Below, one piece after another: positions 37,828 through 47,325 of a stretch of DNA of 62,855 nucleotides. Within the stretch, counting starts at the first letter, position 1; each line of letters begins with the position of its first letter. Origin of the DNA: an uncultured Clostridia bacterium. GTDB lineage: Bacteria; Bacillota; Clostridia; Lachnospirales; Anaerotignaceae. The notes under the pieces are model-generated. The model was given only the letters and a program-made list of their open reading frames with translations. It searched no databases and was not told the origin of the DNA. The stretch spans positions 1 to 62,855 of the forward strand of contig CALWHR010000161.1 in NCBI GenBank assembly GCA_944380455.1, given 5' to 3'. The translations under genes were made by a program, and so were the position numbers.

Positions 37828-40800
37828 TTACTGTCTTACCTGATGGTCTTTAAACTTTGAACCGAAAAGCTTATTTTTTGTTTTTTTAGAAACATTTTTT
37901 AAACGTATCGCCTCAACAGCAGAGTATAAAACAGGTATGAAGAAAAGAGTTACAAGTGTTGATATTGAAAGACCGAATATAATAGCTACAGCCATAGGAC
38001 GCTGCATTTCGGTACCTTCTCCAATGGCAAGTGCCATAGGAACCATACCTATAACTGTTGTAAGTGTTGTCATAAGTATAGGTCTTAAACGGTTAGGTCC
38101 GGCTTCCTCAAGAGCTTCTATACATTCCATGCCGCGACCCCTAAGCTGGTTTGTATAGTCAATAAGCACGATACCGTTATTAACAACCATGCCGACAAGC
38201 ATGATAAAGCCCATAAATGTAACAGATGTAATAGAATTTCCTGTTATAAAAAGACCAAATACAGCGCCTGTTATAGCAAGAGGTACGGCAAACATAATAA
38301 GGAAAGGATGAATAAGTGATTCAAACTGAGAAGCCATTATCATGTAAACCAGGGCAAGAGCTACAACAAGAGCTAAAAGCAGACTCTGGAATGTTTCAAC
38401 CATTGTTTCTATATCGCCTGTAAACTCATAACTGCATCCATCTGGGAATGAATACTGGTTAAGGAGATTTACTATGTTCTTTTGAGCCTGATTAGAATCT
38501 ATTCCATTAAGGTTTAAACCTATAGTAAGGTATTTATGGTTGTCTTTACGAGTTATGCTTGTTGCAGATTCATCAGTTGAAATATCTACAACATCTGTTA
38601 TAGGTATTATTCCTCTTGATGTCTGTATTGTAACTTTCTGAAGGTCGTTTAAATAATTTACGCGGTCTTCATCATCTTGAATAATAACATCTATTTCATC
38701 GCCGTCTATTTTATACGTTGTAGCGGTGCTGCCGTTTACGGCAGTTGAAAGAGTGCTGGCTACAGCTGATGTTGTTAGGCCGTACTGAGAAGCTTTTTCT
38801 CTGTTTATAACTACGTTTGCTTCAAGTACGCTTGTTTCTGATGAGTTAACAACATCTTTTGCCCAAGGCTGCTGCTCAAGAAGCTTTTCTATTTCATATC
38901 CTGCCTGACGGAGATTGTCAATATCGTCACCGTTTATCTGTATTTCTACGTCATTTGCTCCTGAGTATGAGCCCATGGCTGAGCTTGATGAAGATACGCT
39001 GATATCAGCACCAGGGATGGTTTTAACACGTTCTTTTATATCTTCAACAATTTCGTCCGTTGAGCGGTCACGCTCTTTTACGCTTACAAAGTTAAGATAA
39101 ATAGAAGCTGTATCTGTTTGGCTTGAACCTGTAAGCATTGAAGCTGTGCTTGAGCCTGCCATAATATAATATTCTTCTGTTTCAGGTATGTCGCTAATGC
39201 GGTTCATAACTTCATTAACAACATTTGTTGTTTCGTCTATTACAGTACCAGAAGGCATTTCGATACTTATTGAAGCCGAGCCTTCATCCATAGTAGGCAT
39301 AAGGTCAAAGCCAACAATTGGTATAAGACCAATTGATATTATAAATATCAATGTTGTAACCAAAAGAGTTCTTTTTTTGCGTCTTAATACAAAATGAAGT
39401 GCTTTTCTGTAAGATGAATCAAGCTTATTAAGGACTGCCTCCCATTTATTGAGAAGCCTGCCTATAGGACCGCCTTTTGAAAGATTTTCTGCACTTCTTT
39501 CTTCATGAACAAGAAGCTTGGAGCAGGCCATAGGCACAAATGTAAGTGACACTACAAGAGATGCGCCCAAAGAGAAGCATACTGTAAGTGAAAGGTCTTT
39601 AAACAGCTGGCCTATTGTACCGGAAACAAACATAAGCGGTATAAATACAGCTACAGTTGTAAGAGTTGAGGCCATAACCGAAAGTCCCACTTCCGAAGCA
39701 CCTGTTTCGGCAGCTTCTTTTGCCGGATAACCCTTTGAGTGGTATTTATATATATTTTCAAGCACAACAATGGAGTTATCTACAAGCATACCTATACCTA
39801 TTGTAATACCGCCTAATGATATTATGTTAAGGGTCATATCGCAGGCATACATTAAGGCAAATGTTGCTACAATTGATGTAGGTATTGAAACTGCTATAAT
39901 AGCTGATGTACTTATACTTCTGAGGAATATGAAGAGCACTATAACAGCAAGTATAGCAGCCTGAAAAGCTGTTGTAAGCACGTTATTTACCGATGTTCTG
40001 ATATAATCCGATGTATCAGAGAGCATTTTTATGCTTAAATCAGGGTACTGCTGACTTATTTTGGCTATTTCAGCGTTTATTTTATCTGAAATATCAACTA
40101 TATTGGCATCAGACTGTTTGCTTATTGCCATAATAACGCTTTTACTGCCGTTAACTATTGCATATGAGTTTTCGTCCTCTGTTGTAAGCTCAACATCAGC
40201 TACATCTCTTAAACGCACAGTGCTTCCGCCTGATGTTGTAAGAATTATATTTTTTATATCATCAAGAGATTTAAATTCGCCTACGGTTTTAGCCGTTATT
40301 TTTGTTGAGCCGTTAGTAATCTGACCTATGGGCATATTAATGTTTTCTGCTTTAAGGGCGTTTGTAATTTGTGATGCCGATATGCCGTAGCCATTCATTT
40401 TATTGCTGTTTAGTGTAATATTTACAACATCGTTTAATCCGCCTATTACGCTGACGGAAGCTACGCCATCTATTTTTTCAATATCGCTTGATACATTTTC
40501 GTCAACAAATTCTGTAAGCTCGGCTATATCCATTTTTTCAGAACCTACGCCTACTACTATTGAAGACATTTCATTTATATCCAGCTTCATAACCATTGGC
40601 TCACTGGCATCATCTGGCAGAGTACCTTTTATAAGGTCTATTTTTTCCCTAAGGTCAGAAGCGGCTGTATCTATGTTTGTTCCGTCAACAAACTGAATCA
40701 TAACCATTGACGAGTTTGATGAGGAGGTGGAAGAAACGGTATCTACATTGCTTACGGTACCTACAGCTTCTTCTATAGGTTTTGTAATAAGGTTTTCAAT

Positions 40801-40971
40801 TTCTTCAGGGCCTGCGCCTACATAAGTTGTGCTGACTATAGCCATTGGTATATCCATAGAAGGCATAAGGTCGAGCTTTAATGTTGAAAGTGATATAACG
40901 CCGGCAAGTATTACTATTAATATTGCCATAACAGTAGTTACCGGGCGTTTTATAGCTGTTTTAATAGGCAT
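37828..40971 (-). CDS. RND efflux permease (AcrB/SwrC-like)
   Basis: IKRPV, GMLVDNSIVVLENI, GMVVNNGIVLID, RLRPILMTT. Confidence 0.95.
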   Translation of the reverse strand: MPIKTAIKRPVTTVMAILIVILAGVISLSTLKLDLMPSMDIPMAIVSTTYVGAGPEEIENLITKPIEEAVGTVSNVDTVSSTSSSNSSMVMIQFVDGTNIDTAASDLREKIDLIKGTLPDDASEPMVMKLDINEMSSIVVGVGSEKMDIAELTEFVDENVSSDIEKIDGVASVSVIGGLNDVVNITLNSNKMNGYGISASQITNALKAENINMPIGQITNGSTKITAKTVGEFKSLDDIKNIILTTSGGSTVRLRDVADVELTTEDENSYAIVNGSKSVIMAISKQSDANIVDISDKINAEIAKISQQYPDLSIKMLSDTSDYIRTSVNNVLTTAFQAAILAVIVLFIFLRSISTSAIIAVSIPTSIVATFALMYACDMTLNIISLGGITIGIGMLVDNSIVVLENIYKYHSKGYPAKEAAETGASEVGLSVMASTLTTVAVFIPLMFVSGTIGQLFKDLSLTVCFSLGASLVVSLTFVPMACSKLLVHEERSAENLSKGGPIGRLLNKWEAVLNKLDSSYRKALHFVLRRKKRTLLVTTLIFIISIGLIPIVGFDLMPTMDEGSASISIEMPSGTVIDETTNVVNEVMNRISDIPETEEYYIMAGSSTASMLTGSSQTDTASIYLNFVSVKERDRSTDEIVEDIKERVKTIPGADISVSSSSSAMGSYSGANDVEIQINGDDIDNLRQAGYEIEKLLEQQPWAKDVVNSSETSVLEANVVINREKASQYGLTTSAVASTLSTAVNGSTATTYKIDGDEIDVIIQDDEDRVNYLNDLQKVTIQTSRGIIPITDVVDISTDESATSITRKDNHKYLTIGLNLNGIDSNQAQKNIVNLLNQYSFPDGCSYEFTGDIETMVETFQSLLLALVVALALVYMIMASQFESLIHPFLIMFAVPLAITGAVFGLFITGNSITSVTFMGFIMLVGMVVNNGIVLIDYTNQLRGRGMECIEALEEAGPNRLRPILMTTLTTVIGMVPMALAIGEGTEMQRPMAVAIIFGLSISTLVTLFFIPVLYSAVEAIRLKNVSKKTKNKLFGSKFKDHQVRQ

Positions 40972-40974
40972 TTA

Positions 40975-42375
40975 TTATTCCTCCTTTTTGTCGGAATCAG
41001 CGGAGGATGAGGCTGATGGTGCTGTTTCTTCCGATGTCTGAACTGGTTCTTCACCGTTTAATAAAGCTTCATTGCTTTCAGCGTTGTATGTATCAGGTGC
41101 CACTTCAATATGGTCTCCGTCTTCAAGGTATGTCTGGCCTTTTATTACTACGTCCATATTTTCTGTAAGGCCGCTGGTTATTTCTACTTCGTTTCCGTTT
41201 TCTATGCCTGTTTGAACAGGTGTTTTAACGGCTTTGTTATCTTTCATTACAAATACGTATTTTTCACCGCCTTTGGATATAACGGCATCTACAGGGATAA
41301 CAATTGTTTCATCGCTTTTATCCTTTACAAAGTTTACCTCTCCGAACATGCCGCTTTTTATATTGCCGTCGGCATTGTCTATTTCTATTTCAACGTCATA
41401 TGTTCCGCCTTCATTTGCGGCAGGATTTATGGTTTTAATAGTGCCTATTTTATTTATGCTTGATACAGCAGGTATATTGACAGAAACGGTTTCGCCTGAG
41501 CCTATGGAGTTGATTATTTCTTCTGAAACGCTTACATTCATTGTTACCTTTGATATATCTGAAATTTTAAATGGCTCACTTGAAGCAAGTATTGTTCCGG
41601 CATCAACATTTCGTGCAGTAACATAGCCTGAAATAGGGCTTTTTACAACTGCGTCAGAAAGAGATTTATTATATGAATTAATCTGAGCTACAACACTTTC
41701 TTTTGAAGCTTGAGCAATATTAAGGGCGTCCTGAGCTTTTCTCAGATTTTCTTCAGGCATCTGCATTACAAGGTTATAAGACTCTTTAGCCTGATTATAG
41801 GATATTTCTGCATTGGAATATGCGTCTGAGATATTATCCATATCGGTTTTGCTTATAATGCCGTTTTCATAAAGAACTTTATTGTTTTCATAGTTGGTTT
41901 TAGCTGTGTTGTAAGCTATTTCAGCCTGGCTGAGAGCGTTTTTGGCACTTTCTATCTGGCTTTGCATTGAAGCGCCGTTTACAAGGTCAAGGTTTGTCTG
42001 AGCCGACTGGATATTGGCTTCAACAGAAGCTAAAGAAGCTTCCGCAACCTTTTTTGAATTAAGTATGTCGGATGTATCCATTGTATAAAGTACATCACCG
42101 GCATTTACATAGTCTCCTACGTCAAAATTAACAGATGCTACTTTTCCCTGTATTGTGCCGGAAACAATAAGTTCTTCAACAGGTTTTACAGTGCCGCTGT
42201 AAAGATACTCGTTTTTAATTGATTCTGATGAAGTATTTAATACTTCAACATATGTAACCGGTGTGTTTTCTGCGGAGCTTACAGCTTGACCGTCATCACT
42301 TTTGCCGCAGCCTGTAAAAAGTGATGAGGCAACAACAGCAGCTATTAAAACTGATGGTATAATTCTTTTTTTCAT
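40975..42375 (-). CDS. RND membrane-fusion (adaptor) lipoprotein
   Basis: Lipobox FTGC, lipoyl-like G.V..GD, coiled coil, SPISG.V; ATG 42375. Confidence 0.9.
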   Translation of the reverse strand: MKKRIIPSVLIAAVVASSLFTGCGKSDDGQAVSSAENTPVTYVEVLNTSSESIKNEYLYSGTVKPVEELIVSGTIQGKVASVNFDVGDYVNAGDVLYTMDTSDILNSKKVAEASLASVEANIQSAQTNLDLVNGASMQSQIESAKNALSQAEIAYNTAKTNYENNKVLYENGIISKTDMDNISDAYSNAEISYNQAKESYNLVMQMPEENLRKAQDALNIAQASKESVVAQINSYNKSLSDAVVKSPISGYVTARNVDAGTILASSEPFKISDISKVTMNVSVSEEIINSIGSGETVSVNIPAVSSINKIGTIKTINPAANEGGTYDVEIEIDNADGNIKSGMFGEVNFVKDKSDETIVIPVDAVISKGGEKYVFVMKDNKAVKTPVQTGIENGNEVEITSGLTENMDVVIKGQTYLEDGDHIEVAPDTYNAESNEALLNGEEPVQTSEETAPSASSSADSDKKEE

Positions 42376-42388
42376 TAAAAATATCCTC

Positions 42389-42841
42389 CTATTCAAAAAC
42401 TTTGTTTAAACTGTTAATGCCGATTTTTAAATTTTCTTTCTGCTTTTCATTTAATGTTTTGTAAAAATCAGTGAAGGCTTCGCAAATTATCTCATCGAAT
42501 TTTTTTGTTATTTCCTCACCTTTTGATGTAAGCCGCAAATGAACGGTTCTTTTGTCTTTATCATTGGGCAGCTGTGTTTTATAAAGGAGACCAGATTTTT
42601 CCATTTTTGCTATAGTTAAGGAAAGACTGCTTTTGCTAATGTTAAACAGTTCCTCAAAACCTGAGATGTTGTCTATATCCCCATGCCTTAAAGCTATTAA
42701 AATTTGAAACTGCCTCATGGATATTTCAAACTGGCCTTTGCCGTTTATATTGAATTTATTTCGCATAAAACACCCCAGCCGCATGTTAAACGCAAAAAAA
42801 TCGTTTACAAGTTTTGATAAATTTTCCTGTGAATTTTCCAT
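42389..42841 (-). CDS. MarR-family regulator
   Basis: ISKSSLS..IAKMEKSGL...DKDKR...LTSKG. Confidence 0.85.
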   Translation of the reverse strand: MENSQENLSKLVNDFFAFNMRLGCFMRNKFNINGKGQFEISMRQFQILIALRHGDIDNISGFEELFNISKSSLSLTIAKMEKSGLLYKTQLPNDKDKRTVHLRLTSKGEEITKKFDEIICEAFTDFYKTLNEKQKENLKIGINSLNKVFE

Positions 42842-42890
42842 TTATTTATCGTCTCCGTATTAATAAAAACGCTATACTATATTACGAAAA

Positions 42891-42922
42891 TTGATTTTAC
42901 TATAAAACTATATTTGTGTCAA
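42891..42922 (-). promoter_or_regulatory. SigA promoter and probable MarR operator of the MarR-MFP-RND operon
   Basis: Minus strand TTGACA-17 bp-TAAAAT overlapping an imperfect palindrome. Confidence 0.7.
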
Positions 42923-43077
42923 TATAATTATATTCTTTTAATTTTACGTTATATTCAGCTATTATATTTGAAGGTTTTTATATAAAATATTTAATATTTT
43001 TAATTTTTGTATTTTGGGTTGACAGCACATATAGTTTTGTGATAAAACTAAAATTACAGATTTCAAAAGTGCATTTT

Positions 43078-43100
43078 TTTTATTTACTGGCATTTGCTTC
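43078..43100. other. Right recombination (att) site of the intervening element
   Basis: Arm TTTTATTTACTGGCATTTGCT followed by core TC at 43099-43100. Confidence 0.88.
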
Positions 43101-43634
43101 AACATCCCACTGGATAGGGTAATAGCCGCAGTCATTGGCTGTTTGTATTACAGTGTTGTTGTATTCGCCAAAAGGCGGCCTGAATAAATTCATGCTTATG
43201 CCTGTTAAATTAAGCACTTTTTCATGTGTCTGCTCAAGCTCAGTTTTTATCTGTTCTGATGATAAAGTATTCATATGCGGATGAGTGGCGGAATGATTGC
43301 CTAAATCATGACCGGCTTCGGCAATTTTTTTGACTTCCTCAGGGTATTTGTCTACCCAGTAGCCGCACATGAAAAACGTAGCCTTTACATCGTTTTCACT
43401 AAGTATTCTAAGGAGCTCATCTGTATCATCTGCTCCCCAGGCAGCATCAAAACTGACAGAGATTTTTTTTTCCGGTGTATCTACGCAGTAAATAGGCAGT
43501 TTTCTTTCGCTTTGAGCAAAAGAGCTGAAAACGCTTACTGCTGCCGGGCGGGTAAAAGAGAGCAGGCACAAGGCAAATATACAGGCCGAAATTAAAACAA
43601 ATAAACGCTTTTTTACTTTAAATTTTTTTTTCAT
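43080..43634 (-). CDS. pdaB: 5' half of split PdaB-type polysaccharide deacetylase (178 native aa plus 6 element-derived aa)
   Basis: N-terminal TM, LPIYCVDT, SFDAAWG, GNHSATH, FRPPFG; ends IQWDV|EANASK* before motifs 4 and 5. Confidence 0.92.
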   Translation of the reverse strand: MKKKFKVKKRLFVLISACIFALCLLSFTRPAAVSVFSSFAQSERKLPIYCVDTPEKKISVSFDAAWGADDTDELLRILSENDVKATFFMCGYWVDKYPEEVKKIAEAGHDLGNHSATHPHMNTLSSEQIKTELEQTHEKVLNLTGISMNLFRPPFGEYNNTVIQTANDCGYYPIQWDVEANASK

Positions 43635-43821
43635 ATATTAACACCTCCGGTATAGTATATTAGTAAAAAAGGTTGTTCCTTTACTAATTTATTAGTTAGA
43701 TGTTAATTTTTTTTTAAGGTGCTGGTTTGTAAATAATTTGTAATTGTAATTTAAACTCTATGGCTGTAAAATACCAGTGTAAGGTATTATTTATTGTTTA
43801 TAAGAATGGAGGAATATTTTA

Positions 43822-44580
43822 ATGAAAAATTTTAAGTCTGTGGCTATGGGTTTTGTTGCCGGCTCACTGTGTATGGTTACAGTTACAGCTATGGCAGCTT
43901 ATGCAGATGTGACAGCTAAATTGTGGAATGATGTTACATTTAAAATCAACGGAAGCAAAGTAGACTCTACCGACCAGCCAACTCTTAACTATAACGGATA
44001 TACTTATGTGCCTTTAAGATTTATAACAGAATCTTTGGGCGGTACGGCTTCTTATGATACTGTATCAAAAACGGTATCTGTTGATTTGCCTGAAAAAGTA
44101 ATTGAAAAAGAAGTTGAAGTAATTAAAGAAGTTCCAGTTTATATCGATAAGGAAACATCAGAAGGCAAAGATGTTCAGTATACATACAGCAGCCTTCCTC
44201 AGAAATCCAAAAAAGACAACTATACTGTAGAGGTTACAGGCATTACAAGAAGTACATCAAGCAACCTTACAAAAGTGCTTATTACAGTTGACAATTCAGA
44301 AGACAGCTCAGACAATATTCAGCTTAATCCGTCTAAGTCAAAACTGACAGTTAACGGAAAAGAAATTTCATTAACAAAAATTTCCTACCAGCAGGATGAC
44401 TCATGGTATTTAGGTGATATTCAGCCTGATGAGGAAAAGAATGGCTTTGTTGCCTTTGAGCTTACAGAGGATGGAAAACTTGAGTGTGACCTTGAGCTTG
44501 TTGTTAAGAATAATACAACTGGCAAAGAAGATGTTCACGAATTCCACTTCTCTTATGATGCCGGCTCAGATGATGATTAA
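43822..44580 (+). CDS. Secreted protein with copper-amine-oxidase N-terminal (stalk) domain
   Basis: Signal peptide; NGYTYVPLRFITESLG.T.SYD. Confidence 0.75.
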   Translation: MKNFKSVAMGFVAGSLCMVTVTAMAAYADVTAKLWNDVTFKINGSKVDSTDQPTLNYNGYTYVPLRFITESLGGTASYDTVSKTVSVDLPEKVIEKEVEVIKEVPVYIDKETSEGKDVQYTYSSLPQKSKKDNYTVEVTGITRSTSSNLTKVLITVDNSEDSSDNIQLNPSKSKLTVNGKEISLTKISYQQDDSWYLGDIQPDEEKNGFVAFELTEDGKLECDLELVVKNNTTGKEDVHEFHFSYDAGSDDD

Positions 44581-44602
44581 TTCGGGAGAGTGACAGTTTA
44601 AA

Positions 44603-45736
44603 ATGAGTTTAAAAAAATTGACAGCGGCAGTTATGGCGTTGTGCATGGCCTTTTCTTCAGCAGCCCTTGCCGCGGAAAAGACTTCCCAGAAGGAAGAGAC
44701 AAAATTAGTGCTTACATATGAAGATGCTGTTGAAAGAGCGGTTAAAAACTCAACATCAATAGCTACTATTGACGAAGCTGTTGACCTTATGGAGAAAAAT
44801 AAAGAAGTTCTTTTTACCAGCCTTGAAGGATACTTTCCTTATGTAGGTACAGACATAACAGTAGATGCCAGCATAGGTTCTCTTTTAGGCAGTGTTGGTA
44901 CAATTGACAGCAGTACCAAGTCTTACAGATATCAAAAGCAAATGCTTGAGGAAACAGCAGAGCTTATGGTTAAAAACTGCTTCAACACTATTGTTACATC
45001 TGAAAAAACCCTTGAACTGGCAAAGGAAAGCCTTCAGCTTAAACAGGAGGAATACTCTCAGCTTGTTATGAAGCATAACCTTGGCATGGTGAGTGACAAT
45101 GACCTTGAAACGGCTAAAAACGAAATTACTAAAATGATTAGTAATGTTACAGCCGCAGAGCTTGCTATTGATAATTTATATGCCAGCCTGGCGAACACTA
45201 CAGGACTTCCAAAAGATACGGAGTTTGTTATTGACTACCAGATGGAATATACACCTTTTACAATGACAACAGGTGTTGAAGGGTATATAAATGTTAAAAC
45301 TGAGTCAGACCCAAGTGTTATGGTAGCCAAAGCTAAATTGGAAGATGCACAGTATCAGAAAAAGATATCACTTTACGAAACTGAGCCATACAGCTATTTA
45401 TCAAAAGAAAACGCTGTTAACTCAGCAGACAGGGAATTAGGTGATACAAAGAAGAATTTAAGAACAAGCATAATAAACGGTTATAACTCTATAACTCAGC
45501 TTGAATCTCAAAGAGAATCTTTAGAGGCGGCTTTAACTGATGCCAAGACAACATACGAAACAGCAAAAGTTAACTATGAACTTGGCAATATTACAGAGCT
45601 TCAGTTTAGACAGGCAGGCCTTGCGGTTAAGAGTGCAGAAAATGACATTCTTACAAATACATCAAACCACGACATACTTGTATTCCAGTTTGAGCATCCA
45701 TATATGCTTTCGGGTTCATCTTCTTCTCAGTCATAA
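44603..45736 (+). CDS. TolC-like secreted coiled-coil protein
   Basis: Signal peptide; LTYEDAV..AV.NS; repeated helical (K)HNLGMVS / YELGNIT motifs. Confidence 0.65.
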   Translation: MSLKKLTAAVMALCMAFSSAALAAEKTSQKEETKLVLTYEDAVERAVKNSTSIATIDEAVDLMEKNKEVLFTSLEGYFPYVGTDITVDASIGSLLGSVGTIDSSTKSYRYQKQMLEETAELMVKNCFNTIVTSEKTLELAKESLQLKQEEYSQLVMKHNLGMVSDNDLETAKNEITKMISNVTAAELAIDNLYASLANTTGLPKDTEFVIDYQMEYTPFTMTTGVEGYINVKTESDPSVMVAKAKLEDAQYQKKISLYETEPYSYLSKENAVNSADRELGDTKKNLRTSIINGYNSITQLESQRESLEAALTDAKTTYETAKVNYELGNITELQFRQAGLAVKSAENDILTNTSNHDILVFQFEHPYMLSGSSSSQS

Positions 45737-45754
45737 TTAAATAACTGAAATTAT

Positions 45755-45788
45755 AAAGGCAGACGTTTAAATGCGTCTGTCTTTTTTT
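45755..45788 (+). terminator. Intrinsic terminator
   Basis: AAAGGCAGACG-TTTAAATG-CGTCTGTCTTTTTT. Confidence 0.75.
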
Positions 45789-45846
45789 ATTTCCTTTAAA
45801 GGTATAATATTCATTTTCGTGTTGATAATAAATAACGGTGATGTAT

Positions 45847-47325
45847 ATGGAACTTTACAAAGAGCTAAATAAGAACAAAGAATACATTAAAAATACGCTT
45901 TATGGCTCTGATGATATAGTTTTTAAGGAATTTGAAAATAACGGCACAAAATGCTTCCTTATTTACGCCGATAATATAGTTAGGGGAACAACCATTGAAG
46001 ATGGTATTCTTACTAATATTATGGTGCGCGGAGAAAAAAATTTTGACGCATTTCAAATGCAGAACAATTTAATATCAGTTGGTGAAACAAAGCTTGTGCA
46101 GAGTTTTGAGGAAGTTTTAGATGCTGTGCTTTTAGGAGATACGGCTCTGCTTGTTGAAAATGATAATAACGCAATTATTATTTCTACTAAAGGCTGGCCG
46201 TCAAGAGGTATTCCTGAGGCTAAAACAGAGATAGTAGTTCAAGGACCTAAAGATGCCTTTACGGAGCTTGGCAGTATGAACACTGTTCTTATCAGACGCC
46301 GTATTAGGGATACAGCATTAAAAGTACGCAGATTTAAATGCGGAAGGCGCAGTAAAACAGATATAGCTGTTATGTATCTTAAAGATGTGGCCAAAGATGA
46401 GTTAGTGGAAAATGTTATCAGCCAGATTAAGTCGCTAAATGTGGACTGCATATTAGACAGCGGTTATCTGGAACAGCTTATAGAAAAGCGGTATTCTTCG
46501 CCTTTTCCGCAGCTTCAGCTGACAGAACGGCCGGACAAGGCAGCTTCTGCTATATATGAGGGCAGAGTGGCTGTAGTTGTTGATAATTCGCCTTTTGTTA
46601 TACTTGTGCCTGCAACACTTAATATATTTTTTCAGTCGGCAGAGGATTACTATGAAAGATGGGAAATAATGAGCTTTATGCGTATTTTAAGATTCTTTGC
46701 TGCTGTTTTATCTGTTACGCTTCCAGGACTTTATATTGCCCTTACTGTGTACAGACCGGATTTAATACCTACATCTTTGGCTCTTAAAATTGCTTCCGGC
46801 AGGGCCTATGTGCCTTTTCCGGCTATTGCAGAAGTACTGATAATGGAAACGGCTTTTGAGCTTTTAAGAGAAGCCGGTGTAAGGCTGCCTTCGCCTGTCA
46901 GCTCAGCTTTTGGTATTGTAGGCGGTATAGTTATAGGCTCAGCTGCGGTAGAGGCTGGAATAGTCGGCCCTGTTGTGGTTATAATAGCAGCACTTTCAGG
47001 TATATGCTCCTTTGCTTTGCCTAATCCTGCATTTGTTTCAGCACTTCGTATTGTTAAATACCTTATAATTTTTATGTCTGCATTCTGGGGATTATTTGGG
47101 TTTTACACGTCAGTATTTCTTGTACTGGCTCACCTTTCATCTCTTGAAAGCTACGGAGTGCCGTATTTGTACCCATTCTGCGGCGGAAGTGTCAATAACT
47201 ATACAGATTTTAAAGACAGTATATTAAGAGTACCTTTAAGAAAAATGCGAAAAAGACCCATATTTGCAAAAGCCGGGCAGAAAATAAGAATGCTTTTTAA
47301 GAAAAAGGAGGAAGGCGGCAAATGA
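45847..47325 (+). CDS. Spore germination receptor A subunit (GerA/GerKA family)
   Basis: GPKDAFTE, TERPD, EGRV.VVVDNSPF, ELLREAGVRLP, GIVGGIVIG.AAV.AG. Confidence 0.93.
   Translation: MELYKELNKNKEYIKNTLYGSDDIVFKEFENNGTKCFLIYADNIVRGTTIEDGILTNIMVRGEKNFDAFQMQNNLISVGETKLVQSFEEVLDAVLLGDTALLVENDNNAIIISTKGWPSRGIPEAKTEIVVQGPKDAFTELGSMNTVLIRRRIRDTALKVRRFKCGRRSKTDIAVMYLKDVAKDELVENVISQIKSLNVDCILDSGYLEQLIEKRYSSPFPQLQLTERPDKAASAIYEGRVAVVVDNSPFVILVPATLNIFFQSAEDYYERWEIMSFMRILRFFAAVLSVTLPGLYIALTVYRPDLIPTSLALKIASGRAYVPFPAIAEVLIMETAFELLREAGVRLPSPVSSAFGIVGGIVIGSAAVEAGIVGPVVVIIAALSGICSFALPNPAFVSALRIVKYLIIFMSAFWGLFGFYTSVFLVLAHLSSLESYGVPYLYPFCGGSVNNYTDFKDSILRVPLRKMRKRPIFAKAGQKIRMLFKKKEEGGK

Larger units (their letters stand above)
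27572..43100. mobile_element. 15,529-bp skin-like serine-recombinase element interrupting pdaB
   Basis: Two complementary gene halves, shared core, inverted arms, recombinase gene 68 bp inside the left end. Confidence 0.9.

Noticed and set aside
27572-43100. Prophage or ICE
   Set aside because: No structural, replication, relaxase or T4SS genes are recognisable
43080-43634. Simple truncated pseudogene
   Set aside because: The missing half exists intact and in joinable frame at the other end of a recombinase element
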